From Tubulanus polymorphus (Eukaryota; Animalia; Nemertea), in NCBI RefSeq assembly GCF_964204645.1, contig NC_134029.1, forward strand, positions 11,558,850 to 11,622,849: DNA of 64,000 nt. The letters run 5' to 3'. Shown here piece after piece: positions 10,558-23,000 of the stretch (position 1 is the stretch's first letter; every line of letters begins with the position of its first letter). Below the pieces are notes generated by a model. The model was not told the origin of the DNA. It was given only the letters and a program-made list of their open reading frames with translations, and made no database searches. The translations under genes were made by a program, and so were the position numbers.

Positions 10558-10560
10558 ATT

Positions 10561-11352
10561 CCACTCCGCTCGGTGGCGCCACCGCGCGGGATTTACGCGA
10601 AGCAGCAGAACACAAACACGGCCACTCTCTCAATTTTCAATGATAGAAATCGTGTGTGCATTTCAATTATTTCGGCTGTTAGGGTTTTAAGGCACAATAT
10701 AAGTTGATGATGTGATATGGCGATGTTAATTAATGATAATTCCGCAGTGAAGCTAGTCACGAACGGTGCCGATTGAGTGTACAGCTGCCAAAAACACTGA
10801 AATGTATGTAGTTGCGTAACTATTTGCAGTGAATTGCAGACGAAACATGAAGCCTTAACGGCCGTTTAAGAAAAATTTATACCAATCGCAATTGTAAAAT
10901 AAAAATGAGATAGAACCTTAGTTAAAATTCCGGCCATTTCTAAAATGTTATTAATTATTATTACTAATTTTTAGTCAGTGCGGAACGTTTACTTTTCCAA
11001 CAATAATGAGGGGTGGTAGGTAGTCATGCAATTCAAGTCATCATTTATTACACGTTACTTCCGTGTTGTTGAAAATCTCGCGAGTCCTGGACTGAACCCC
11101 AATGAACAATGTGATCTGTGTGCTGGCCACAAATGCACACAGATCACACTACACTACCCATTACACACTCCAGTACCCACAGCTTTCATATATCCATCCA
11201 AATATTTAGTGGCTTTCTTCCTGGATTTGAACCGATGTTCAACATTTGATTATAAGAATTGGCTGTGGTTATATTTTGTGTTACGAGGATTGTATAGTGG
11301 AATATTCTGAAAAGTGGCAAGTACGTAATTCTTAAATATGTCCACATCAAAT
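10561..11352 (+). mobile_element. Gypsy 5' leader and first five gag codons, left copy (truncated)
   Basis: Near-exact reverse complement of 16570-17361; the identical 94-aa spurious ORF occurs in both; ends ATGTCCACATCAAAT. Confidence 0.88.
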
Positions 11353-12538
11353 AATATAATATATCTATAACATCATTTGAATCATAATCTTTTGATAGGT
11401 ATAAAGGTTCTAATGTATAATGTTTTATATTGTTACCTTTTGTTTTTGGTAATTTGAGTAAATCAAACACATTTATCTTTATATTATTATCTCTTTCTAT
11501 ATTTGGGATGTTTTTAATTCTAACAGGATACTTATCTATCTTATAATTATTTTCAAATGGTTTATAATGAGTTAATCTACAAATATTATCAGTTGCAGGA
11601 TGTAAGCAACTAATTATAGCCCATAGAAAACATTTATCATCAAAATTTTGTACATTTATTACAGCATTAGTTTTAAATGGTAGTTTAATATAGCTCGATG
11701 CTTCAATATCTGGTTCTTTATAATATGATACATTATTTTCATCAATTGGTTTTGATTTAGTTAACTTATTATATTTTGTGTTATAGACATGTCAAATATT
11801 CATCAAATATTAAACCAGATCCTTCAAAATATTTCTCTTCTATTTTAGTTTTTACTTCATTATAACATTTATCTAATTTATCATCTATATGTTGTTTAGA
11901 TATAATATGTTGTGAATGAGAATTTATATTATATATTGGTTCATCTTCAGATTTTATGAATTTAACTTTAGAAGATATACTTATTTTAGGATATTCAACA
12001 TCTGTAATTATTTTTATAGTATTTTTCATATTTTCTAAATGTTTTTTATTTTCTTCTAATGTTTTACCTTTATGAAATTTAAACTCAATAGCTGCTGGAC
12101 CAATATCACTTTTAAATGCTTCGGTTATCTCTATATCTTTTTTACTATTTAATGAATTAATATGATTTCTAACATCTTCCATGTATGGTCTTTTATTGTT
12201 TAATTTATTTCTTATTCTTTTAATGTCTTATGTTTCTTATCATTGTCATTATCACAATAATCCTCACCTAAAATATCATTATTCATATTTCCAATGTGAC
12301 TTTTAGATTTTAAATGTTCTTTATAATATCTTTTATCACTGAATGATTGATTACATGTATCACATTTGTATGTTTCTTTTTCATTCTTTAATTCTTCTAA
12401 TTTAGTTTCTAATATATCATCTTTATATTCTAATTTCAATTTATTGTCTAAATATGTTTTAGTTTTATTGTGTCTTGCTTTTTGGGATTTATCAATATTG
12501 ATATTAAATGTTGAACAGTAGTACTTATTTGCTTCCAT
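11353..12538 (-). pseudogene. Frameshifted N-terminal part of a Polinton/adintovirus-type protein-primed family B DNA polymerase, preceded by C2H2 fingers
   Basis: CDTC...HLKSKSH finger; EGSG motif; manual translation of about 11465-11705 gives ASSYIKLPFKTNAVINVQNFDDKCFLWAIISCLHP...IPNIERDNNIKINVF, then PLYLSK...IDILYY. Polymerase core is absent. Confidence 0.7.
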
Positions 12539-12811
12539 TTTAATACTAATTTTTTTTTTTTAATTGATTTTAGAAGTTCAATGATTTATATATGAATTAT
12601 TTCAATAACACTTTACTAACACTTTTAATGTTTAAAAATCTAACTCATACAAATATAAATATTGAAATAATGTTTAAAATATATCTATATATCTATTCTA
12701 TAAGAGCTCGTTAATTACTCGTTACTTTTTTACTAACACTTTTATATTGAATAATCTATCAATTTATATGTTATTCATATATATTTTATTCATGTATATA
12801 AATATTTTAAG

Positions 12812-13005
12812 AGTAATAGGGGTTTAGTTGTTCTAGGTTAAAGGTTGAACGGTTGAGAAATTTTCCAAATATGAAAATAACAATAATTTCTACTTGAATT
12901 AGGAGTGTACGCGATTAATTCAAGTAGAAATTATTGTTATTTTCATATTTGGAAAATTTCTCGACCGTTCGACCTTTGATCTAGAACAACTAAACCCCTA
13001 TTACT
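12812..13005. repeat. Palindrome with 90-bp arms and 14-nt loop
   Basis: 12812-12901 pairs with 12916-13005 with four mismatches; loop GGAGTGTACGCGAT. Confidence 0.95.
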
Positions 13006-13873
13006 GTGAAGGATAATGTCATGACGTGAAGGATCAACCTAAATCTAACGTGAAAGATAAACCCATAACGTGAATGTTGTAACGTGAAGGATCAACTTAT
13101 AACGTGAAGGATAATGTCATGACGTGAAGGATCAACTCACGTCATCAAGGATAAACCTATTATGTCACTAGATGGCGTGCCGGTCGGAAATAGACCGGCA
13201 ACCAGTCTAAAATAATTTCGGTTAAAATGCATATTTTTCTAAGGTGGAGTGGAGGTAATTTTAATTTCCGCTATCATTTTCAACGTCCGCTATTAGATCG
13301 CTTAACCTTTGTTTGAAATAAATTCGAGCACGTTCAATCGAGGCATCCATTTGAATTGCACTATTCATTTGAGCCTACTGAATTGTAGAAGTACCCCATA
13401 TATAATAGACAATAGTACTCGAGCACACTATACTATACAAAACTTTTCGAGATAAACTTTTTCTCACCTTCACTCGTCCGCCGTAAAACTTACGACGCTT
13501 CTCAACCATATAGAGTTATATTGAATTGAATTTAAATCGTATGATGAATAAAATGAATTTGCATTTTAACCGAAATTATTTTAGGCTGGTTGCCGGTCTA
13601 TTTCCGACCGGCACGCCATCTGGTGACATAATAGGTTTATCCTTGATGACGTGAGTTGATCCTTCACGTTATGTGTTGATCCTTTACGTTACAACATTAT
13701 ACTTCACGTTATGGGTTTATCCTTCACGTTAGATTAAGGTTGATCCTTCACGTCATGACATTATCCTTCACGTTATGAGTTTATCCTTCACGTTACTACA
13801 TTATACTTCACGTTATGGGTTTATCCTGCACGTGATGACTTTAGTGTCTGTTTGGCGGGGTTGGCCGCCCATA
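13006..13873. mobile_element. Foldback-like element with modular TIRs of ACGTGAAGGAT repeats, left end truncated
   Basis: 13006-13231 is inverted at about 13560-13771; the right arm continues to GGCCGCCCATA. Confidence 0.75.
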
Positions 13874-15650
13874 TACGTTGTCTATTCATCGGTAAATATT
13901 TTACCATGTTCATGACGTGTATATTTTCAGCTGCACTCTCAGATATATATGCACGCGAAAGAGTGTCCGCTATATACATTTCTTTGCCTTTTTTGTATAC
14001 GATTGTTGTATCGTAATTCTGCATCCGCAATAATTAATTGTGCAATCTTCGCGGCGCTTTCGATAGAGGTTTTTGTACGATTGCCTCTATTGGCTTGTGA
14101 TCAGTTTCAACTTTTACTGGACGAGCATAGACATACTGATGAAATTTCTCAAGGCCATAAACGATGGTCAATGCTTCTTTCTCGATCTGAGCGTAACGCT
14201 GCTCCGTCTCTGTTAATGCACGACTTGCATAGGCACATGGGCGGCCATCTTGCATAATTGATGCCCCAGTCCATTTTGCTACTGTCACATTCACATTGCA
14301 ATACTATGTCCTTATCAGGGTCAAAGTATGCTAACAAAGGTACTTCAATTAACATTTGTTTGATTCTCTTGAACGCATTCTCCTGTTCACTGCCCCAGTT
14401 CCACGTCACCTCTCGCCTCGTAAGTTGACGTATAGGTTCTATAATATCCGATAAGTTCGGCATAAATCTCGATAAATACCCGATCATGCCATTTAATCTC
14501 TGTACTCCTGCGACGTCCGTAGGAGCTGGCATATTGGTTATTGCTTAAACCTTCCCAGGATCAATTTTAAGTCCATTATCGGTGAACACATGTCCCGTAA
14601 ATATCACTTCCTTTTGATGCAGCTTTAATTTTTGAATGTTTATCGCTATCCCTTTCTCTCTACGGTCGAGGACTGCCTTTAATTTACGATCATGGTCCTT
14701 CAACGCTTCTTCGTAGTTGTTGCCTACACCATAAATCGTGATGTCATCAACTATACAGGCAACACCCTTTAGGCCTTCTATTGCCTGAGCCAGATGTTTC
14801 TGAAATATCTCAGAACTCACAGAGAGGCCAAAAGGTAGCCTCTTGAAACGGTATCTCCCGAAAGGAGACTTAGCGAACGTAGTCAACAGGCTTGACTGAT
14901 CATCTAACTCAAGATGCCAAAATCCAGATCGTAGGTCAATAGTAGAGAACACTTTTGCTTTTGACAATTGTGGCAAGATGTCATCGATGACGGGTAGAGG
15001 GTATCTCTCGCGAACTAAATATTTGTTTAAGTGAAGAGGGTCTAAACATATTCGAATGTCATCAGAGTTCTTTTTTTCATTCACTACTAAACTGTTCATC
15101 CATTCAGTAGGCTTATCTACTTCCGCCAAGACATCTACTTCCACCAAATGGTCTAATTTGGCTTTGACCTTTCCTCTCAACGCATGTGCGAAATGCCTGA
15201 CTGGCATAGCCCTCGGTACTGCATCATCAGACAATTTAAGGCTCACTTTTCCCGGCAATTTTCCGATCTCGCGATCGAATACATCGCTGTATTCTTCAAT
15301 CAATGCTGACATCGATACACTGCGCACGCGCACGAAGTTTTCTTCATTCACGCTAATCAACCCCATGATTTCTGCATGTTGCAACAGTAGAGCCAATTAT
15401 CGGAGTCAAGTTTTCATTGACTACGATAAACAAGACAGAATATTTCTTTCTGTTTTGGGATTTCGCACAATCAACCTGATTTCTCCTGCAGGTTTTAGTG
15501 TCGTCTCGTCCCACATTCGCAACACTTTTTTCGTAGGCTGTATATATTTCAATCGTTCCACATACCTAATGGGCAATAAATTAGGTTAAGCCCCGGAATC
15601 GACTTGAAAACGAATTTTCCTCGAACCGATATACATCTGCGCATATATTT
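13874..15650 (-). pseudogene. Gypsy pol: protease, RT, RNase H (frameshifted)
   Basis: FQVDSGA near 15590-15610; IRICLDP, DLRSGFWH, RLPFGL, IVDD; [23 protein letters not shown]. Confidence 0.9.
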
Positions 15651-15689
15651 CATCATTAGTTTCACTGTTCTCAGGAGTCCAGACCTGAT

Positions 15690-16584
15690 TTATGTAATAT
15701 ACGTCTTGAGCATCTGGTTCAGCGTTACAGCCGACACTTTTTTACTACGTTTCGAACACATTGTTAAAAAGTGACCCATAATTCCGCAACCATGGCACTT
15801 TTTTCCATACGCAGGACATGTCCCTTTTATAAACGGATGCTCTTTACCACAGAATCTGCAATTCTTTGGTTTATTGCCAGTGAACTTTGGACTTGGCGCT
15901 TTTTGCTTCGGATATTTATACTGAGGTTTTTTCTGATGAATCACGCGATTCACAGTTGTCTCGGAATTCGAGCCAGATATCGCCAGTCCTTTAATTTGCA
16001 TATGTGTTGATTCTGCAGAGCGACATAAATCGATACATTTATTCAAGTCCAGGTCTCTATATTCCAGTAACTTTTTACGAGTTTCATCGCCACGTATCCC
16101 CAACACGATCCTGTCTCTGATTAGTGACTCATATAAGCATTCGAAGTTACACGATTTCGCAAAACTTCGGATCGCAGACAAATAAGCTTCAAAATTCTCA
16201 CTTGGATTTTGATCTCTGTTATTGAATTTATAACGCTCGTACGTCTCGTGAGTTGCAGTTGACGTATACAAATCGAATTTATCAATAATCTTCGTAATCT
16301 TCGTTTTATCATCTTGGTTGGCCCAACTAAACGAATTATACACCTTCACTGCCTCCGTCCCTATACTATGGAGGAACAATTAAGGCACATTGGTACTGTT
16401 CAGGGTATGCTCCGATGTTTGCAATTACTTCATAATTTTTCCATTGTTGTTTCCAGAGTTCCCAAGTGTCTTTAAGATTTTCATTGTCCGTAATCACGAA
16501 AGGTCTTGGTGGAGAGACACCTGCCACCGGCCTTTGTCCATTACTCAGCACAGTAGCTGTTGCGGTTTGATTTGATGTGGACAT
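15690..16584 (-). pseudogene. Gypsy gag (frameshift near 16379)
   Basis: WELWKQQW, FLHSIG, ERYKFNNRDQ, IRDRIVLG and tandem knuckles CRFCGKEH...CPAYGKKCHGCGIMGHF. Confidence 0.88.
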
Positions 16585-17453
16585 ATTTAAGAATTACGTA
16601 CTTGCCACTTTTCAGAATATTCCACTATACAATCCTCGTAACACAAAATATAACCACAGCCAATTCTTATAATCAAATGTTGAACATCGGTTCAAATCCA
16701 GGAAGAAAGCCACTAAATATTTGGATGGATATATGAAAGCTGTGGGTACTGGAGTGTGTAATGGGTAGTGTAGTGTGATCTGTGTGCATTTGTGGCCAGC
16801 ACACAGATCACATTGTTCATTGGGGTTCAGTCCAGGACTCGCGAGATTTTCAACAACACGGAAGTAACGTGTAATAAATGATGACTTGAATTGCATGACT
16901 ACCTACCACCCCTCATTATTGTTGGAAAAGTAAACGTTCCGCACTGACTAAAAATTAGTAATAATAATTAATAACATTTTAGAAATGGCCGGAATTTTAA
17001 CTAAGGTTCTATCTCATTTTTATTTTAAAATTGCGATTGGTATAAATTTTTCTTAAACGGCCGTTAAGGCTTCATGTTTCGTCTGCAATTCACTGCAAAT
17101 AGTTACGCAACTACATACATTTCAGTGTTTTTGGCAGCTGTACACTCAATCGGCACCGTTCGTGACTAGCTTCACTGCGGAATTATCATTAATTAACATC
17201 GCCATATCACATCATCAACTTATATTGTGCCTTAAAACCCTAACAGCCGAAATAATTGAAATGCACACACGATTTCTATCATTGAAAATTGAGAGAGTGG
17301 CCGTGTTTGTGTTCTGCTGCTTCGCGTAAATCCCGCGCGGTGGCGCCACCGAGCGGAGTGGGGCCGATACGTCCAGGCAAATATCCATTTACAACGGTTA
17401 ACTGTCTCAAGTTCATCAACACCGGTTGAATTATATGGGTACCATCGTTTCAC

Positions 17454-17465
17454 CCGCTGCCACCA
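17454..17465 (-). promoter_or_regulatory. Primer-binding site (tRNA-Leu type), right copy
   Basis: CCGCTGCCACCA on +, adjacent to the LTR end at 17466. Confidence 0.8.
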
Positions 17466-18796
17466 TGTTTCAAATCCTCAAAGAATAAGATTTGTTTCTA
17501 GTAATCCGTAGCCATCCTGGCCTACGCATTTATTCAAACTAAAAAACTCTAGGTTACAAAGTCACATGATAAGCTGAATGATAAGTGTCGACATCTGTAC
17601 ATCATTATGAGTTTTCCGGTTTGCTCGGCTACCCGTACTGGCGGGGTAGTCTAGAGAGGCCAATGAAAACTCCGGTTTGCTGAACCACCCCTCTGCGGTT
17701 TGATCTGACAGGATTCGCCATTAAAATTCATAAATTGACCATCACTGACCACCACTGCCCAAGTGAAACTTCTCAAATATCGTGTTCGAATTCGAAAGTG
17801 CTTGTCGTCGTATTGTTATTTCTAGAAACCAGCAGAAAGTTTTGCAACTGTTTTTGAATGGCGTTGACATGATGGAAATTTATTACCCATAAATGGGTTA
17901 CACATCTGGATCACAGCACCTCACTTGCCGCAGTGCGTTATTTTCACTGCATAGTAATGCTAATACATAAACTTTTTTACTACTTGACTCGAATCATCTG
18001 AACAGTACTGCGTTTGAAAACTCAACGAATAGAAAATGTTTGCGGGAAGCGCCTACAAATAAGTTATAATAAGATTAATTAATCGATGCATGAAAAACAA
18101 TTAAATCACAAGGTGACTAACACCCGTCTTTCAACCAATCTGCGCGATACCAATTAATTAAATCATTAAACGCATTGGGTTCCTAATATTTGAAATCATG
18201 TGATACAATAGTTCTTTAGACTTGGCCACTTTCATTTCAGAAAACCGCGTACTAGACCAGTGGTCACCGAGGCATTAACCATTCCTTCAAGTTTTGAAAA
18301 TTCGATGGTAACGCGGATTCTTCGCCTCTAAAAACTGTTTCGTTAATAGTTTTCTTTATATGAAAAGTGTTCATAGGAATTGAAATTTGGAGTGATATCA
18401 GTCACAGCTGTAACCCTTTTTCATTGTCAGTTCTTTTTTGGAATTCAAGTAGATTAGTGAAAATATCAATGATGAAGTTCACTTATTATATCAAGTACCG
18501 TTTTTACTGTCGCATGCGGGTCGAAACAACAAGATCTATGCAACTGCATATATTCGGGTATAAACTGTGATATCCTTCAGTATGTTATGAATATCTTTAA
18601 AAATTTGTGTTCTAGTATAATACCCGAAGGTTTAACTATCGGACACATAAAAGATTCGCCATAATCGAAGTTTTTAAGAAAATCTTTCTTCGAGAAAGAA
18701 AGATCTTTAAAAGAAGGATTGGCGTCAAACTAATCCATAATGGACTGTTGTGAATATATTGGATAATCCACCTGAGAAATTTCGGTACTCGAAAAA

Positions 18797-19930
18797 CCGG
18801 TGTTGTCATATCGCGGAAAGACGGAATCGCGGAATTTTCCAAAAACGCGGAATTTCTTCATTTTTACTTTAAATAGTAAACGGGTTTCCCCACGGGGATA
18901 CCCACTGTCGGACAGGGCACGGGACCGATCGATGCAACGAGTTAGGTTCGAATCCCATTATTTGCAGGCAATTTTATATGGAATTATTATATTACGATAC
19001 CGTTGACTGGCTGCCACCTGTAGAAGAAGTCAGAATCAAGTGGGGTGAAAGAGGCACCTAATGTCTATTTCTACTGGGCAAACTTCGGTTATCGAAGTTC
19101 ATCGACTTTTTGAGAACTTCAGAAACGAATATTATCAGATGAATATTGAGCACGTTCGCGGTGTCGGACCGTAGTTGTAGGTGGTTGCAAACATGAAATC
19201 CTACGACCAAACAAGTACCGGTTCAAATTCCTTTGAAATTATTATAATTTTACGGCCGTCCAGTACCGGTACCAATAAGATTCTTTTGATCCAAATAATC
19301 AGCATAGGAACATATATGTTATAGCAGTCACAAAGTAAACATTAAAAAAAACGAAACCATTTTATAATCTTTCATATCATTTAATTCTAAAAGATAAACC
19401 ACATTCACTTATAACAACAATGTAGACACGCAACACGCATGAACAATCCTAAGCCAGAATGAAATATACATAATGTCTATTTATTTTCGTCTGACATCGA
19501 TCCAGTTCCACAGTTGTGAGTTCACTCTGAGTTACTTAGAATCAATTCATTTCCAATGTTTTAAATCCAGAGACCAGAGTCAAATCTTAACTCGGAACTG
19601 AGTCCTGGAGAATGACCCATTGTGCCATCACAAATCCTACGTTTACGTACCATCGATTTGTATTCCTTCAGTTAATGCAGCGATACTCTGTATCACTGAA
19701 TTCGCAAAGCACGTATTGCCTTATTTGGAACCGTATCGTTAAGTTGTTGACTGGCGATATAGTAAATTATCAAATACTAATTCCCGGTGTTGAAAACCTG
19801 GGTCCGGTGCCCTGTCCGACAGTGGGTATCCCCGTGGGAAAACCCGTTTACTATTTATAGTAAAAATGAAGAAATTCCGCGTTTTTGGAAAATTCCGCGA
19901 TTCCGTCTTTCCGCGATATGACAACACCGG
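18797..19930. mobile_element. Non-autonomous DNA transposon with about 130-bp TIRs
   Basis: CCGGTGTTGTCATATCGCGG... at 18797-18928 inverted at 19801-19930; AAA on both flanks (possible 3-bp TSD). Confidence 0.85.
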
Positions 19931-19977
19931 AAACCCGTTATCGCTGCTTGCAGCTATATTTCGGTTCCTGAACTTCG

Positions 19978-20081
19978 CTGAAAAAGCTGAAACACTGAAA
20001 AGCTGAAATAAAAACGCTGAAATTTCAGGGAATTTCCGAAAAACGCCGAAATTTCAGGGAATTCCCGAAAAACGCTGAAAT
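19978..20081. repeat. Short tandem repeat (AAACGCTGAAATTTCAGGGAATTTCCGA type)
   Basis: Two to three copies of a roughly 29-bp unit plus GCTGAAA subunits. Confidence 0.7.
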
Positions 20082-23000
20082 CGTGCTAGGTACCGACAAT
20101 ACACATTTTGAAATGTTTTCCGGGCCGGTGTCCGCTGACGAGTCCTGAACCGTGTTTTATGTTCTAGCTTCGGTTACAGAGAAATGCCTTAAGGTCGTCG
20201 GCATGATCGACTTAATCGATTGCGGATTGCGTGGATTGTTAGATGTGTTTTTTGACGCCTTATAAAACGTTACCATTATGAAACCTAAACAATGCTAACC
20301 ATTCAGCGTCATTTTACAAACGACAACCGTAAATCGATGTGCAAAACGTCACAGGTTTATGTGTACACATACAAGCTATTTGGCTGAATATCATTGATAA
20401 AGATGTAGAATGGCTCCCTGTGATTATATAATGACCTCTTTTTGAACGTCGGAATGTTATATTGCATTGAATATCATGAGAAGACGTATTGTAATAGTAA
20501 TGGATGTATGATTATATCAGGAGCGGCAGGCATAAATAGAAATGATAAGTAAATCGGATTATTCGGTTAAATGGCGGATGTATACACGATGCGGAAGTCT
20601 GATATAAAAGTCAGACCCTGACATGGGGATGCTAGTGGAATGACGAAGCTATCTACGATCTGAGTAGGGCCGGTGTGAATTTCATCGGCGGCTACAAGCG
20701 GTCTATATAAAAACGTGTAAACATATAATTTCAATATTCAAATGTTTTAGAAAATATGTTCGATATTAGGGGTATGCAGGTTTCATGAGATTAGCAATTT
20801 ATAATAGCATAACTGTCATATACGGCTCCGCGTCCACTGATGGCATGTGAATAAGGTGATAATTCAATTCAATACTTTATTGATCGTTATTACATTGAAA
20901 TTCCGGGATAAAATTCCCAAATTCAATAAAGTTACAAATTTTAAACTAAGAAAATACAAAATACAAGACACACGGGTAATTCATACAGAATAACATGAAT
21001 AAGTTATTCAAATGACAATGTCTACTTCAACCCAGAATCAAGTCTATGATATCGAGTGACAGCCAAGCCGGGCCCCGGGATCCCGGTCGACCGGGCCGGC
21101 TAGCTACACGATATGCTCGAAGTCATGATGAAGCAGCAGACATCAGAAGAGCTCTTTCTTCAACCATGGAGGCAATGAAGTTGCAGACCAGCTTAGAGGC
21201 AAAAGTGAATCGAAATCGGTCACAAGTTGACAATCATCTACCCAATCGCCAAATCTCATAATTCCCCAAATTTCTTAAAACTTCGATTTCAATTTTGCAA
21301 TTCCACATTAGCTTATCCCAGAAATTCTACATTTTTTCGCAGGGGTCAAATAATTTATTAAAGTTAATTTTCTTGTTTGCCATAGTTTTATGTGCATATA
21401 CCGGGACGATCTAACAATGAAGTTATCACTTCATTTGAATAAATTCTTAATTACAGTAATATTAATTCACAATATTTTTTCTTATGTTTGGTGATTTCTT
21501 GCAACTTATCATTGCCAAGTCTCATACAAGTAGTAGCTGAATGAAAGTACAGTTAGGCTGAACCTGATAACCCAAATTAAGTGCTAGCATGGAACTAAAG
21601 ATTATTTTGATTCTATTTTCGGTGTTATTGAAATTCGTTAATAAAGGTTCAACCGTCATAGTATACTGTACTTAGCATTGCTACGATTGGGTGCCATATT
21701 TCTACAAGGAGGAAGGAGTCTTTAAGTGTCTTTGTTCCCGGGTAGGGTACCTGGTTTACTTTCTCTTTCGACTTGCTTCGAGACTACTATCTGCAATGTA
21801 TTGCATGCTTTGATTTGTCTGGCCTATAGGAGTTGAATGATATTTTCCCATACACAGGCTTGGCTTTAGTGTAGATGAAGGCTAGGCACTGCACATTGTG
21901 GATTGACTGGAACTCTTAACTCACAAAATTAAACGAGTCAACAAGAAAGATCCAATAATTGGACATTTGTCTAACTATATTATTTAACAGCTTGAAATAA
22001 TACATAACACATTCTGCAAGAGTACACAAAGGAAATCAGTTCTTACATTATATCAGAATCAATAGTTCAATTAACTCTGGCTAGAATTCTGGTTCCATTG
22101 CTTCATATTCCAATGAAATCCACTAGCATACCTTAGAATATCGCTTAGCTTAAGACTAAAAGTTTGGTACCAGGAAACGGAAGAAAAAGTGGTGTACTGT
22201 ACATCCGCAATTGACTTATTTCTCTCTGGTTGAATCAAGTTATTATTGAAATAGCATTCGAATAGCCATTTTATTTTTAAAAATTGTGTCGTTCAGCTAT
22301 CCTGCTGCAAATTTCGCAGTTGAAGTTTACTGGTGCCAGCTGATTTCTCAGTATCTCAAAAAATTTGCACATTCTAAGCCTGAATCTAAAAATAGAAAAA
22401 GGTGCATTTTAGTAGGATATAAAAGAATAGTGGCTAATACACCCGGGACTATATAGCCTATGGGGTGGGCCTAGTTTGAAAGCACTGAGGTCCGAGGGAA
22501 CAGCACTTAGTAAATAAATACTGAAATTAAACTTACAAAACACCCAGTACTTGAGATGATGTACTTGACAAGAAGTGTCTCCAGCTAAGCAAATCAACTC
22601 TGTCTATGACTCCTCCTTTTATAGATTCAGTAGTAGTCTAAAAATAAGAATCGGTACATTTTTCTAACAGTTGGTATCTCATTTCTTAAAAAAAAACTAA
22701 TTATTATCACGCCACAGCAAATAAATTATTCACAGTTGTTGAAGGGTTTGCCCGATTTCTTTTGGTTGACGCTAATCAGTATGACCCATACGTAGGGGCC
22801 TACTGCATGCCATTGGCGTCAATCCATTCCATTCCATTCCACAGTGAATTAAAAAGAAATTTAGTAAGATCCCTTTTGTCCAAAAGCTGCATCATTTATA
22901 TAACTAGCTGTCAAATTTAATTTACCTCCTTCAGAGAATACCATAGTGACAAAGTCCGTCGCCCATCAACGTGTTGACAAAAGAAAAGTTGCTCCATGTT

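Larger units (their letters stand above)
6333..10560 (-). mobile_element. 5'-truncated LINE, family B (paralogue of A), ending in A24
   Basis: Poly-T at 6333-6356 on +, 3' UTR, intact ORF2, C-terminal part of ORF1; flank resumes at 10561. Confidence 0.92.
13874..17710 (-). mobile_element. Ty3/Gypsy (Mag-like) retrotransposon, 3'-truncated before integrase
   Basis: LTR 17466-17710, PBS 17454-17465, leader, gag, PR, RT, RNase H in Gypsy order; several frameshifts. Confidence 0.9.

Noticed and set aside
11026-11310. Identical 94-aa ORF present twice (also 16612-16896)
   Set aside because: Result of the duplicated Gypsy leader; no recognisable domain.
11353-12800. Bacterial or organellar contamination for the AT-rich blocks
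   Set aside because: No organellar or bacterial genes recognised; motifs point to eukaryotic DNA virus/Polinton-like sequence embedded among host repeats.
13006-13850. CRISPR-like ACGTGAAGGAT repeats
   Set aside because: Units are mirrored in inverted arms, as in a modular TIR; no unique spacers.
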